From NCBI RefSeq assembly GCF_009914755.1, contig NC_060936.1: a stretch of DNA of 64,000 bases, one strand, 5' to 3'. The translations under genes were made by a program, and so were the position numbers. Source of the DNA: the human T2T-CHM13v2.0 reference genome, Homo sapiens. The notes under the pieces were generated by a model, which worked only from the letters and a program-made list of their open reading frames with translations, did not search any database and was not told where the DNA came from. Each line of letters starts with the position of its first letter. Within the stretch, counting starts at the first letter, position 1. Of the stretch, positions 43,129-56,680 are shown one piece after another.

Positions 43129-45608
43129 GTAAAGTTTCCATGAAACTTTTCATACACAGACATAAAGGGTAGACTATATTAGGTTTATTTAATATGTTTA
43201 ATGGCCTTGTAAAAAATGCCCTAAATATTCACAGCAAAAAATGAACAAATAGAAATTATTTATTTTAATCCTCTGTAAACTTATATGTAGCTCAAATACT
43301 TAGTAAAGAGACTTTGCCTTCATTATGGTTATAAATTAATGAAAATATGTTTACATATCCATAAGTCTTCCATTTTGGACAAGGAGCCAGATTTCATCAT
43401 GTACTCACTTTTTATTTATGGTAATATAACAGTGTTATAATTCACTTAGAGTAAACATTATAACTATCATCTATAATACTGAAACATAACTATCACTTCT
43501 GAATATCCCCCTTCCGATCTTATTTCAAATACATATTTTAATAGTTATAATAATTAGGTAAATAAAACTATACTTTTTTTATAAGCTTGTTTCTTCCTGT
43601 TAGTCTTCATGACCATCATTTTCAATGCATACATTTTTAATTAAGGTAGGAAGGAGATTTTATGTAAACAAATATGAAGGAGATTATATAAGCAAATAAT
43701 CTACATGTGACCATTACACATTGATTCGTAAATGTGCTAATTATTTTTCTTTTTATGGTGCTGTTATTTTCAAGCTTTAATAGTACATATAGTATGACCT
43801 TTTCATATAAAAATAGTTTGACAACAAACTCATATTTTTAAAAACAACACCTTGTTAATACACTACTTTGGGAATTAGTAAAATAAATATCTTATAAATA
43901 TAGTAGCAGTTTTCTGAGTAGTGATGATGAAGATTTTAGCAATGTAAAATGTAGGAAAGAAGAAAAAAATGTTGAGAAAAATTCTGAATCCCAGTAGTGT
44001 GGACTTTGAAATATTCTTGATATTTTGTTTTCATAGATCTCACAATAACTCTGACAGTTAAGTCACCAGGTTCTTTCCAGGAAAATATCTATAGTATTAT
44101 GAAAATGTATTTTCATTTTTAGAAAACTATGCCTATTTAGAAAGTATATACCTCAATATAAATCATAATGGAGGTTTTGTTTTTTAACCATACTTATTCC
44201 TTTTCCTGCTTTGTGTTGGTCATTCCATTTTTCTTTTTCTTCCATAAAAATGAGGCCTGCAGTTTACCTTAGTTTTAGTTACTACCAGTGATTAGTAGCT
44301 ACTTTAATGTAGTTTATTTTAGGATTTTACTCAGCTATTGAGCCCCAGTATAGAAATTACTGACTGATAAGAATATTTGATTCCTTGTTTCTCTACTTAA
44401 ATATAACTACAAGTAATCTTATAAAATTAAATGTTACTACATTTGTAACCATGAAGTAAATCAGCCTAAGATGTTTAAAACAAATCTCAGTAGTTTAACA
44501 TATTGGTTTTACAAAACAAATTACATTTATTAGCAGAAGGAGAGGTACAGGCTGCTACCTGTTTAAAAAAATTGTAACAAGTATGATTAAGAAAATATAT
44601 ATGACAAAGTATCATAAAAATGTTTGTTGGATTAGATAGTAAATACTAGATGAACTGCATTTGAATTTTTTCAATGCAGTGAAAGACAAGTTTGTAAAGT
44701 CCTCTTTTGAATTGATGTAAGCTTGTGAGTATATCCCAACGGTCATTTGGAGCCTCCCTTTTGCCATATTTGTCTAATGGATCACATATCAGGCCTATTA
44801 CTATTTTCAGAAACAGTATTCATGACTGAAATCCTACAGTTAACCTTTAGAAGATCAAAAGGAATTATACTTATTTAAAAGGTGACCTTAATATATACAT
44901 ATTTCCTTTTTATGCTTTATGGCTTGCATGCTTAACAGCTTTCTTTTAATTGCTACATAGAATTACTAAGTGTGTAGTTAAAGGTCAAACAAAGTAAGTC
45001 ACTGTAGGGTGAAACTAACATATCAGTTACCTAGCCATAGCTGGATATTTTGGCAACAGTGATTTGGAGTTATCATTTTAATAGATATATTTTAACATAA
45101 CAGTGATAATATAGCCATTAAGTTCAAATTGTATAAACAACTTTTTAAAGGTTTTCTGCTTGGGATCACTACTAAAAGCTAAGAAGTATGTTTGTATCTT
45201 CAATCAGAACTCTGTTTATTTGTATTATAATGTATAAACAGAGAACGTACATATATATTTGCACATAGTCATTTTGGGTAATCTTTCTCATTATAAATAC
45301 TGAATATTAATTATTTATGGTGTACTAGTGTATCTTCATAGATCAATAGAATGCCTTTCCAAACTGTCACTTAATGTTTTAAAATCATGATTATTTCTTT
45401 CTTTTAAATATCAAAATTTCCAAAAAGTTTTCTTGCTTTTGAAGTTTTAACTATCCAATATCTTTTTTTATATATATTGACAGGCTTTAATAGTGACTGG
45501 TTTTTCACTGGAGATCTGCAGTTTTCTAAAGTCTCTTTAAATGTATTGTTATTAGAGTGAAATATATTGATATAGGTGACACTGATTTGTTTTGTTTCAT
45601 TATTTTAG

Positions 45609-45735
45609 GTGGTTGAACAGGGTATGTTTGTAAAGCACTGCAAAGTAGAAGTATATCTCACAGAATTGAAGCTATGTGAAAATGGAAACATGAATAATGT
45701 TGTAACTCGAAGATTTAGCAAAGCTGACACAATAG
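45609..45735 (+). CDS. USP15: USP15 coding exon (probably exon 4), DUSP-UBL beta-hairpin and start of UBL
   Basis: Acceptor tcattattttag|GTG. Reads [42 protein letters not shown]. Donor TAG|gtaatg. 127 nt. Confidence 0.97.
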
Positions 45736-46821
45736 GTAATGCAAGATCCTGTCTTGTTTTTAATCCATTGCTATTAGATATTTAATTAGAATTATCTTTG
45801 TATATGCTACTTGGATGATAACCATTTTAAGGATTTATATATAGACATTTGATTTCCAGCTTTGATACAATGTCTTAGAGTTAAATTATTTATTGTTTCT
45901 TGTATGCTTTTGCATTTATTAAATGAATTTTAACATTTGTGCTGTTTTGCTTTTTTATAAAACATCAAATAATTATTGTTTTTATTTAGCAACTGGTGTG
46001 TCATTTGTAACATAGACCTTTAAATAAAAACTTAATTAAAACTTGGTAAGGTAGCATGGAAAATGACAATTGGTTATTTCCTTTTTTCTCTTAGTTTATT
46101 CTTTGGTACTATAAATACAGTCAAGTAGCCAAGGCAGCAGGCTTAGCGTTATTTTGACACATTGATTTTTCAAATTAATGAGTAGCGTAAGCAGTTGTAA
46201 GTCAAATATAAGTGGACTTAATTCTCTCTATATATTAAAATATATATAAATTGTTTTCTTTCTATTTAAAAGACACATTTTTAATTTTAGGTAAAGAATA
46301 GATTGAATAAAATGTTTTTTAAAATAAATGATTATGAATTTAATAAAAATTACATGGTTTTTGTTTCATAAAACTCAAGAATTTTTAAAGTATTTAATTT
46401 CAAATGAAGTTGTAAAACAAGATTAATGGTAATACCATTGATCTTAGAAAATACAAATGAACAGTGAAGAAGGACACATAACTTGTAGAACCCAGCTTGG
46501 AAACAGATTAGCCAATTTATGAATTATAGCGTGGCATAAGATTTCCTTGTTGGAACCAGTCATTAAAGTAAATGAAAGTATTTCTGAATTTCATTAACTG
46601 CATTTGGCTTTCTTTCACCACTTACCCACTTCACAGCTGGAAAATCCTTTTAACCCGTATTTTTTATGAAATAGTAGCATTATTCAAGTACTCAGTGCTT
46701 GGTTAATCCTAATGTTTGCACCAAATAAAATACAGCATTATGTTATGAATCTTTATTCTCCCCTCTTCATTTAGCTAGAACATTTATAAGTTCGAGATTA
46801 AGTTTCAATAAGCTGATAGTT

Positions 46822-47118
46822 GGCCGGACGCAGTGGCTCACACCTGTAATCCCAGCACTTTGGGAGGCTCAGGCGGGTGGATCGCCTGAAGTGAGGAGTT
46901 CGAGACCAGCCTGGCCAACATGGTGAAACCCCATCTCTACTAAAAGTACAAAAATTAGCCGGGTGTAGTGGGTGTGCGCCTGTAGTCCCAGCTACTTGGG
47001 AGGCTGAGGCAAAAAAATTGCTTGAACCGGGAGGTGGAGGTTGCAGTGGGCCGAAACCGTACCTCTGTACTCTAGCCTGGCAACAGAGTGAGACTTTATC
47101 TCAAAAAAAAAAAAAAAA
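46822..47118 (+). mobile_element. Alu (S-like)
   Basis: Full dimer plus poly-A tail. Confidence 0.96.
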
Positions 47119-48919
47119 GCCCATAGAGTCATCTTTCTAAAATGAATGCTTAAAAGATAAGGAATTTCATATGTAAGTTTTATTATAATTATTATTACAG
47201 ATAAATTGCTTGACTTTTGAATTTCCACATTTGTAGAATATATTCAGGAAAATAAGATATTTCTACATATTAAAAACAAAGTTTTCAACATATGAAAATT
47301 ATTTTAATCATATGAATATGTACATGAGAAGAGTCTATAAATTTAATAAGGGTAGTCTGTTAAAATTAATTCAGAGAGTCGTCTCTGAAGTTTATAGCCA
47401 ATTGGAATATAAATGAGAAGCTACCTCTTAAAATAATGTTTTCTAGTTATTTTTAAAGTTTGGTATTTTCTTCTCTCCCTGCCTCATTTTGATAGGAAAA
47501 TTAAATATGAGACCATCAGAGATATTATTTTAGAACATTATTATACTAGGTATTTTGAAACTCAGGAAAATCAGCAACTGATTTAATTTCTGAATTCAAA
47601 ACAAGAATTATGGGTTCTCATGATAAGAACTGTGTAAGAATTTGTCACGAAGATATGTAATTTATAAAGGATCACTGCTTCAAAAAGTTTACAATCTAGC
47701 ATAGATTTTAATCAACATATATACTAATACTTTAAAATGCTAGATAAATTGGATATGTACTTTAACATTATATATGAACCCAATTTTTGCATAGCTATAA
47801 TTTTTTACTGTATTAAATCATTGTTTTTCAAACTGGATTGTTGATATTTTGGTGGTTCATTAAACAGTTTTGGGAGTAAAGAAAATTGAATGGGAGATAT
47901 TAGAATACAAAATATCAACATATATGTTTATTTCCTGGGTCACAATTTCTTACTATAGCTCTTAGTTTAAAAAATTTGAAAGTCTGTGGTAGAATGAGTC
48001 TTCTTTTTAAGCAAAAAGGTTTGCAAAAATTAGTCAAGTCAGGAATTTTAGACACTTCATGGTTATGGTTATAGTACAGGTTAACAGTTGTTGAATATTT
48101 ACTATGTTTTAAGCACTTTACAGGAATTTTCTTGTTTGAAGTTAAACAAGCAGGTATCTTCCTCTTATAGATAATGAAGCTGAGATTTAGAATCTACTTC
48201 AATTCACCCTGGTACCAAGTGGTAGAGCTAGTACTTTAACTTCATAAGCAGAGCTCTTAAACCAGAGTCTCATCTCTCAATTGCTGCCTTACACAATCTG
48301 TGTATGCTAAAGGAATATTCGTTTTGGAGATATTAACTGGGCTGATTTTGTTTTTCTAAAGGAAGTGGGTTTTGAAACACAGAATTTACATAAGGAACTT
48401 AAGATGGATATGTATTTTTCCCTTATGGTCTTTTAAGAAATCTTGATTGAAAATGATTAAAATAGCTATGTATGTGAAATACAGCTGTATAAATTTTATG
48501 AACAGATTTAGGAAATATAAGTGTCTGTTTTCTCTTGTTACCAAATTAATAAAATATTCTGTTTTCAGCTAGTACTACCTACACTGATATATAGTAAAAA
48601 TGATAGCAGGCCATAGGCCATATCTAAATGATTTACCTATCAGGGCCAAAATCTTCTGCCTTCAAATGTTTTCTGCCAAAATTGATATATTTGAGCATTG
48701 AGCATGTTTAAGTAAGAGATAAAATAATAGTTTTATTTTCCTTTAAGATTAACTACCAAAAACATAAAACTTCTTGAAAAATATGATTTAATTTCTATGA
48801 CCTGTATTAATATTTTTTAATTTCTAATTTTTGTGAGTAACCTGTATTATTTTTCTACCTCTGTATGCTTTTCATTAACTGGCTAGTACAGTTGAATTAA
48901 TATGTGGAAAAATAAGCAC

Positions 48920-50500
48920 ACACTGTCAGTCCTTTGACCATTCTCAACTTCAGTGATCTCAACCATCAGCCAAGCTCAGCCACCAATTATTACAGTTAAA
49001 CCCTAGGCTGTTGTTATCTGTAACTGCACTTGCCAGATCTCAATTTTAGCATCCTGCATTCTGGCCACCACTTTCTCTGCTCCCATTTTCTCTTGAGCCC
49101 ACTACATTAGACATCGAAACCTACCACTCTGTTGGTACTACTACTGTCATAGTCTCTCATGACCTTGCCATTGACAAATCCAGTGGTAATATAGAAATCT
49201 TCCATTTTCCTGACCTGCCAGCAAAGTACAACACAGATAAACTACTTTTCTATCTAGAAGCACTTTCTCTTCACTTGGCTTCCTGGGCACAGTTTCTCAC
49301 TGGCTGCATCTTGTTGGAGTCCTTTGTAAAACCTTCTTCATATTCTTTATCTCAAAATATCAGTGTCTCCATATTCTCCCAGCCCTCCTTTCCTTGGTGA
49401 TTTCTTTTGTTCTCCTGGCTTTAAATATTTTCCATGTGTTGATATCTTTTAAGTTGATAGGTCCTGCCCTGAAGTCTCCCATAATTCCAGTTTGAACTAT
49501 CCCATATCTTCATTTGTATATCTGACAGGCTTCTCAAGAAGACTATCAGATATAAAACTAAGCTCCCTTTCCCAAAAAACCTTAGGCTCTGTCATTCTTC
49601 CTTATCTCCATAATTCCCACTTCTGCTCTTCCAATTGCTTAGGCCAAAAATCATTTCTGATTCTTTTATTTCTCACCCTTCATGTAATCTAGCAGCATAT
49701 CTTCTTAGCAATTCCTTCAGAATTTATTCTCAGTCAGACCACTTAACACTGCTTCCATTGCTACCACTTTGGTTAGGATTGTTGCAGTAACCTAGTTTCC
49801 CACCTTTGACCTTGAATTAGTCCATTCTCGCACTGCTATAAAGAACTACTGGAGACTAGGTAATTTATGAAGAAAAGAGGTTTAATTGACTTACAGTTCC
49901 ATAGGCCGTACAGGAAGCATGGCTAGAAGGCCTCAGGAAACTTAACAGTCATGGTGGAAGGCAAAGGGGAAGCAACCACATCTTACCGTGGCATAGCAAG
50001 AGAGATAGAGCAAAGGGGGAAGTGCTACACACTTTCAAACAACCAGATCACATGAGAACTCACTCACTGTCATGGGAACAGCAAGGGGGAAATCTGCCCC
50101 CATGATCCAGTCATCTCCCACCAGGTGCCTCCTCAAACACTGGGGATTACAATTTGGCATGAGATTTGGGTGGGGACACAGAGCCAAACCTTATCAGACC
50201 TTCTGCAGTGTTCTTCACTACCAGCAAAAGTGAACATTTAAAATGTCAGTCATATCATGCCACTTCTCTTCCCAACTCCTCAATAGCTTTCTCTTTTGCT
50301 CAGATTAAAATATAAATACTTTGATAGGTCACAGAAGTGTATATAATCCTACAGAAGTACCTTTATAGTCTCATTTCTACCTCACTTATTCTACTTCAGC
50401 CACATTGATGTATCAGGCTATTCTAAAACATGCCAAGCACATTTGCACCTCAAGGCTTTTGCGTTACTACCCCTATGCCTGTAATGTTCCCCCATATGTA
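48920..50500 (+). mobile_element. L2 fragments hosting an LTR
   Basis: Pyrimidine-rich L2: tctagaagcactttctcttcacttggcttcc...ttaaaatgtcagtcatatcatgccact. Confidence 0.65.
49813..50196 (-). mobile_element. MSTA/THE1D-like MaLR solo LTR
   Basis: TG...CA termini. Perfect 5-bp TSD GACCT at 49808 and 50197. Confidence 0.92.
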
Positions 50501-50941
50501 AATTAGATCACAAAACTCAATGAAGAGGAAATTTCCACATTTGTTTATAACATGTTATGTACACAGATGCCTGTATTAATAGAAAAAACATCTAGAAGAA
50601 ATATCAGAATGTCAACAGTGGTTATATCTAGGTAGACATTTTATTTATATTTGTCAGTATTTTTGGTATTTTTGCCAAAAGCAAAAATTATTTCTGCCCT
50701 CAGGAAACATTTATTCATTTTTATAGAAAGATTAAAACAGCTCCCTTCCTTGGCTTCTTCCTTTATCCTCTTTCTAGGTAATGTTTTGTTTCTTGATCTT
50801 GGTGCAATTTACATGGGTGTGTCCACTTTGGAAATTTATCACAAGATACTGATGATTAGTGCATGTTTCTGTATACATGTTCACTTTAATAAAAAGAACA
50901 AAAAGAAAAAAATACAACCCTGCCAAAGTAGAAAGCAGTAC

Positions 50942-51320
50942 TGATAAGGCTTGGCTATGTGTTCCCACCCAAATCTCATGTCAAATTGTAATCCCCCCTG
51001 TGTTGGAGGAGGTGCCTGCTGGGAGGTGTTTAGATCATAGAGGCAGATTTCCCCCTTGCTGTTCTTGTGATAGTGAATGAGTTCTCATGAGATACGGTTG
51101 TTTGTGTGTAGCACTTCCCCCTTCGCACTCTCTCCTGCTCCTCCATGATAAGATGTGCTTGCTTCCCCTTCGCCTTCCACCATGATTGTAAGTTTCCTGA
51201 GGCCTCCTAGCCATGCTTCTTGTACAGCCCATGGAACTGTAAGTCAATTAAACCTCTTTTCTTCATAAGTTACCCAGTCTCAGGTAGTTCTCTATAGCAG
51301 TGTGAGAACAGACTAATACA
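50942..51320 (+). mobile_element. MSTA/THE1D-like MaLR solo LTR
   Basis: tgataaggcttggct...gactaataca. Perfect 5-bp TSD AGTAC at 50937 and 51321. Confidence 0.92.
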
Positions 51321-52282
51321 AGTACTAACAGTATATTTATTTTATGTAATTATTTAAATATTCTGGGTGATTTGCTTTAAGTTTTGAGATAACGCTGTTG
51401 ATATTTTGAATTAGTGCCTTTTTTTCCTACTGATTTAATGCCCTTATCAAAACCTTACTGACTACAAGACTATTACAAAACATTAGCTGCTAAGTAGATA
51501 GTATTATTGGACTAAATTATGTAGGATAGATGTGGGTTTTCATATTTCTTCGGAGAACGTATATTATTAAGTTTAATATTTTATAAATTTTTTCAAAACT
51601 ACAACTATTCTAAAATCTAAAAGTATTCTGTATTCATATATCATAAAATATTTTGATTACTATTTTCTTGAGTTGATTAGGCAAGTTATTGACCAGAACT
51701 AGATGAAATTTCAGTAAATTGATTTAGAAATCAGAAAAAGACGTGACTTTACTTTGAAAATACTAAATTTTGGTGAATACAGACATCCCTTCAAACAAGG
51801 CACTTTCTTTTTTATTGTGTCCATATATTCTAGTGAGCTGTTCAGTTTAATATAAATTATTTTTAAATTGCTTATGTGGTACTTAAAAAATTTTGCACAC
51901 TAAAAAAAATCTGTAACATCTCTTAATCATACTTTAATTTCTAATTCCTACATCTCCTCAGAAAATATTTGAATTATAGTATGTTAAAATTTAAAGTTTA
52001 TCCTGTGTAGCATAAATTGTATTTTAGTGTTAGGTGATTGAACTCTTACCTTTTGAGATTTTAAATTCCCCAAGTAATTTGTTGGAGTACAAATACCATT
52101 TTTTCCATAAAAACTTGGTCTTAAAAACCCTTTTGTTGGTTTGTGTTTTATAGATTTATTACATATTTAGTCTTGATTTTCTATTAGTATTTTAAAGAAT
52201 TTTTGTGCTGGTAACATTTAGCTGTATGTGGTATATTTTGAAATACATACTATATTTATATATCTTTCCTCCTTAAATCTAG

Positions 52283-52428
52283 ATACAATTGAAAAGGAAA
52301 TAAGAAAAATCTTCAGTATTCCAGATGAAAAGGAGACCAGATTGTGGAACAAATACATGAGTAACACATTTGAACCACTGAATAAACCAGACAGCACCAT
52401 TCAGGATGCTGGTTTATACCAAGGACAG
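52283..52428 (+). CDS. USP15: USP15 coding exon (probably exon 5), UBL domain
   Basis: Acceptor ctttcctccttaaatctag|AT. Reads [49 protein letters not shown], inside ORF 52228..52506. Donor CAG|gtattg. 146 nt. Confidence 0.97.
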
Positions 52429-52667
52429 GTATTGTTTATTTTAAGCATACTATACATGAAGGTTTTTGGATTCACAAACTTTAATAATTATCCTGGCAAT
52501 ATATAATGGGCTGTACTGTTTCTGGCTTCCTCTTTCTAAACTCATCTCTTGTCTTTCCTTGCTGGTTACTGACTCTGACTTTTGATTCCCTCCTTGAGCT
52601 TGGGAATAATCTACTTGTTAAAAAGAAATCATTTTTAATTAGAAAAAAATCCCAGCTAATATTATAA

Positions 52668-52914
52668 GGTGGGTCAGCAAACTTTCTGTGAAAGACCAAA
52701 TAGTAAACATATATGGAGCATCTCTTATTTACACAGTTCTTTATTACAAATTACAGTTCTCTGCAGGCCATAAAGTAGCATCTAAAACATTGCCATTGTA
52801 GTACACAAAAACAAGCATAGATGATACATGAATAAATGAGTATGGCTATGTTCTAATAAAGCTATTTATATAAATGTGCAGCAGGCTAAGTGAACTCTAG
52901 TTTGCCAGCCCTTG
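52668..52914 (+). mobile_element. MER58 (hAT-Charlie)
   Basis: gggtcagcaaactttctgtgaaagaccaaatagtaaac...tagtttgccagcccttg. Confidence 0.78.
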
Positions 52915-52941
52915 TTGAAAGGTGTCAGCTCCCAATTTGGC

Positions 52942-53249
52942 TTTTTTGTTTGTTTGTTTGAGACGGAGTCTCACTCTGTTGCCCAGGCTGGAGTGCAGTG
53001 ATGCAATCTCGGCTCACTGCAACCTCTGCTTCCCAAGTTGAAGTGATTCTCCTGCCTCAGCCTCTTGAGTAGCTGGGACTGCAGACATGTGCCACCACAC
53101 CCAGCTAATTTTTGTGTTTATAGTAGAGATGGGGTTTCATCATGTTGGCCAGGATGGGCCAGAATGGTCTCGATCTCTTGACCTCTTGATCTGCCCGCCT
53201 CAGCCTCCCAAAGTGCTGGGATTACAGGTGTGCGCCACCGTGCCCGGCC
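52942..53249 (-). mobile_element. Alu (Sc-like)
   Basis: ggtctcgatctcttgacctc. 10-bp internal duplication ggccaggatg/ggccagaatg. Confidence 0.95.
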
Positions 53250-53289
53250 GGTATTTTTTTAATAAAGTATTGAGAAATGAAGAGGTTTA

Positions 53290-54130
53290 GTCACTGTCAG
53301 CAAGTCCTACTGATTCTATCTTCTGTGTCTTGAAGTAATCTCTGTGCTCCATTCTCAGCCCTTATCTTTCATAGTCTCTTTACAAATTCCTGTATCTCCA
53401 GGCTCTTGTATGTCTGTTCAATCTTTCTTCCTTTGTTTTTTTGTTATTAGCAGATAACCATAGGACAGTCTTGTTTTTGCAAGAATACTCATTCTAAAAT
53501 GTAAACTTCACTGTCTTCCTTTCATAAACTTTTCCTGGTTCCTTAATAATTAAGTCCAGGCACTTTAAGCCAGCATGCAAGTTATGGTTTAACCTTGTAC
53601 CTACTCTTCCACCATCTCTAGATTATCTTTGTTTTGTGGTTTATACTCAAGCAGTACCAAACTGAGCTGCTTATAGTTCCCTGAACACACTATGCTATTC
53701 CATATTCTTGTGCTTTCTGATGTGTTATTCCATCTGCCTGATGATGTAAACGTCTTTGGAGTCCCTGTATTCATCCAGCAAAAAGTCCTTTTAACCATCC
53801 ATATAATAAAATTAACCATCCCATACCATCATGTAGGCCAGCCGTATCAGATTATTCATCCTTCAGGTTCTAGCTCAACTGTCACATCATCTATTCAGCC
53901 TTCCCTATTTCTCTCAATGTCCATTGAGGTATAGGATGTTTCTACTTTGGAGAAAAGAATTGCTTCCTTAACTTCCACAAAGATGTATGTATATTTGTTT
54001 TGTATCGTTCATTATATGCTTTAGTTATTTGTATTTTAATCTCCCCAGACTATGAGGTCCTTGTTTTGGTTAGACTTTGTACCCTATTTTTATTTTCAGA
54101 ACCTAACATGCCCGGTGCTCTGATAAATGG
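53290..54130 (+). mobile_element. L2 fragments
   Basis: cagcaagtcctactgattctatc...ctccccagactatgaggtccttg...acctaacatgcccggtgctctgataaatg. Confidence 0.55.
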
Positions 54131-56680
54131 AAGATTTTTTTGTTTTGTTTAAAAATTACTGTTAACATCAATAATATGATTCTGAGTTGTGGAAAAATTC
54201 AGATAAAGTGAGGGAAATTAATTTTTAGTAAATGCCCACTATATGTCAAGAATTGTACTAGGCTGTCAAAATACAGTGGTTTTCAGATTTATTTTAGTCA
54301 TTATATTCTTAAGAGAAATCTTACAAAATCCAATATGTATTACAGTTAAAAGGGAAATGAAGCTGATAGAAGCTTGAAGTGTGGACCTTGGAAATCCACT
54401 GATTAGCCAACACCGCCCTTTTATGTAGCCAGCTCTCTCTTTCTGTCTTCCAGTAGACATAACCTCTCTCCTTGGTTTTCATCCATTAGGCCTTGAGGTA
54501 GCTCCAAAAGTACAATTTGAAATCTATAGAATTCTTTATTTAAACCTTTTCAGCAATCCTCTGAAATGAGTGTTACTCTTTTCATCGTGTACATTAGAAA
54601 ACTGAGACTCAGAGAAGTTAAATAATTTGATGTTCTTGATAGGTATGTATTTATCAGATGGCAGATGAGAAAATAATTTAATAAGATTAAGTATCCTTAA
54701 GGACTTGACCTTTAAAAACAGGAATGTTTCAAAGAATAGTCATTAAATTTTTCAGACTTTATAATAATTCTTCAGCCAGAGAAGATAAGTGACATAAACC
54801 CTCTCCTGGACCTTTTTTTTTTAATACTTAGATTGAAAGTATCCTTACTAGAAAATAAAACAAAGACATATTATTGAAGAGTTTGCCTCCCAAAATGTGA
54901 AGCATTTCTTCTCTCCTTTTTGTGTGGGTTTAATTTTAATTTTGAAATCTTTTCAAAAATATTTTTATTTGGAGTTAAAGTTTTAACTATAACAAAATTT
55001 TATTCAGAAAATGATGCACTTGAATAAAGGACTGAATTTTAATCTTTCTGATGGTCTTCAGCATTAGTATTTGTGGTTTTTAAAACATGGAATTTTAAGT
55101 ATAAATACTGTTAGGAATTAAGGCATTATGGTTAAATAATTATATTAAATGCATAACTTTGAAATCTTCTATAGCTAAAATCTCTTGTTTTAAAACTGAT
55201 TTAAGTCCTCAAATGATTGTAAAGTTTATATGTATATTTATACATATAGTTAATATGTAACTGTTACTCTTGTATAAATTGCAGTAAAGCAAAACATTCT
55301 GGAGAAGTGAAAAATCACTCTCTAAATTCTACTTTGTAAATCTTCATAAATTTATAAAACTATATCAGAATGAAAATCAGAAAATTGAGACAGTGATTAC
55401 TTGTCTCTAGTAGGTAGGGAGAGGAAGGTGATCAGGAAGGGATCAGTATATTAGGTACATGGTACATTTATTTTTTATATGGTACAAATACACTTTTTAA
55501 TGTGTGAAATAATAGATTTTTTAAAGCTAACTTTAATATTTTAATTAGCATCTCTTTTAACAACAAGATTTCATGAATTTTTTTAAAATCAACATTTTAT
55601 TGTTACATATACTCTGAAACATGCTTACATTTTACATAGCTAGGCTCTAAATGCCAATTTATAAATGACCTGGAAACATATAGTTCACAAAAATATATTA
55701 CTAAGTGCATGTAGAGTAGGTTATGAAATTGCAACTTTAAGAAAAAGACTTAATGAAACAGTAAATGAAATGTATTCAAATTTATAATGCCTTGGATTTA
55801 TTTCACGTCATATTGTCTGTATTACAGTTTTTCAATGGAAATTGTAGATTTTAACTTTTTATTGGTATTATCGTATATTTCCTTTGCTAATTTAATTATT
55901 TTTGCTAAGTTTTTCTTCTTTGCACAGACTAATCCATAGCAAAAACTAGAAAGACTTATTAGACTGGACGATATAAGGAAAGATTTTCGGGTGTTTTAAA
56001 ATAAAGTATAGCTCTCCCTAAGCCTATACTTTTTATTTATTAGAGGTGATTTCTGTCTGCCTCATCCATGCTGTAACAGAGAACTTCAGTCTGATTCTCA
56101 TAAATGGGACTCTATCATTTGTATATTTAAAGATTCTATAATTTCCATTGTGATAATGTAAATACACACTAATTTCAAAACCCCAAATAAATTCTACATA
56201 ATCTGTAATTTGGAATTATCTGTGTCGCCCTTCGTCTGCATTTGCATAAAAATAAGTTACCCAAGATCCTATGTAAGTATGTTTAACAACTGCAAACATT
56301 TATTGACCATCTGTTATTTACAGAGTTCTCTGTTCAACCTACAAATACAAATAGAAAATATATTCTCTAAATTCAAGGAATTTATATTCTGTTTACTTGG
56401 TTTAAGTTTTCTTATACTTAATGGAACCAATAGTTTCTTTACAGTTTATCTTCTAGGATTCCTTCTCACTATCATTACTGATTTCTTGTTATTTGAGGTC
56501 TTTTAGTCTCACCTGCCTAGCTTTGGAATCGAAATGCAGATTACCTGTTCACCTTGTCTACTGTTTTCCTTTAAATAATCACAGAGTTACTTTAGTTTCT
56601 TAGTTTATCCAGCTATCTTCTAAAGTTATTTTAACTTCAGAGTTATGGAAAAACACCCTTTTATTGTGTCATATTTGCAG

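Noticed and set aside
45619-45627. Consensus-like donor AGG|GTATGT inside exon 4
   Set aside because: It would leave a 13-nt exon and is explained by the Q-G-M codons. No other support.
52228-52506. 92-aa ORF as a standalone gene
   Set aside because: Only 52283-52428 is a USP15 exon. The flanks are open intronic frame.
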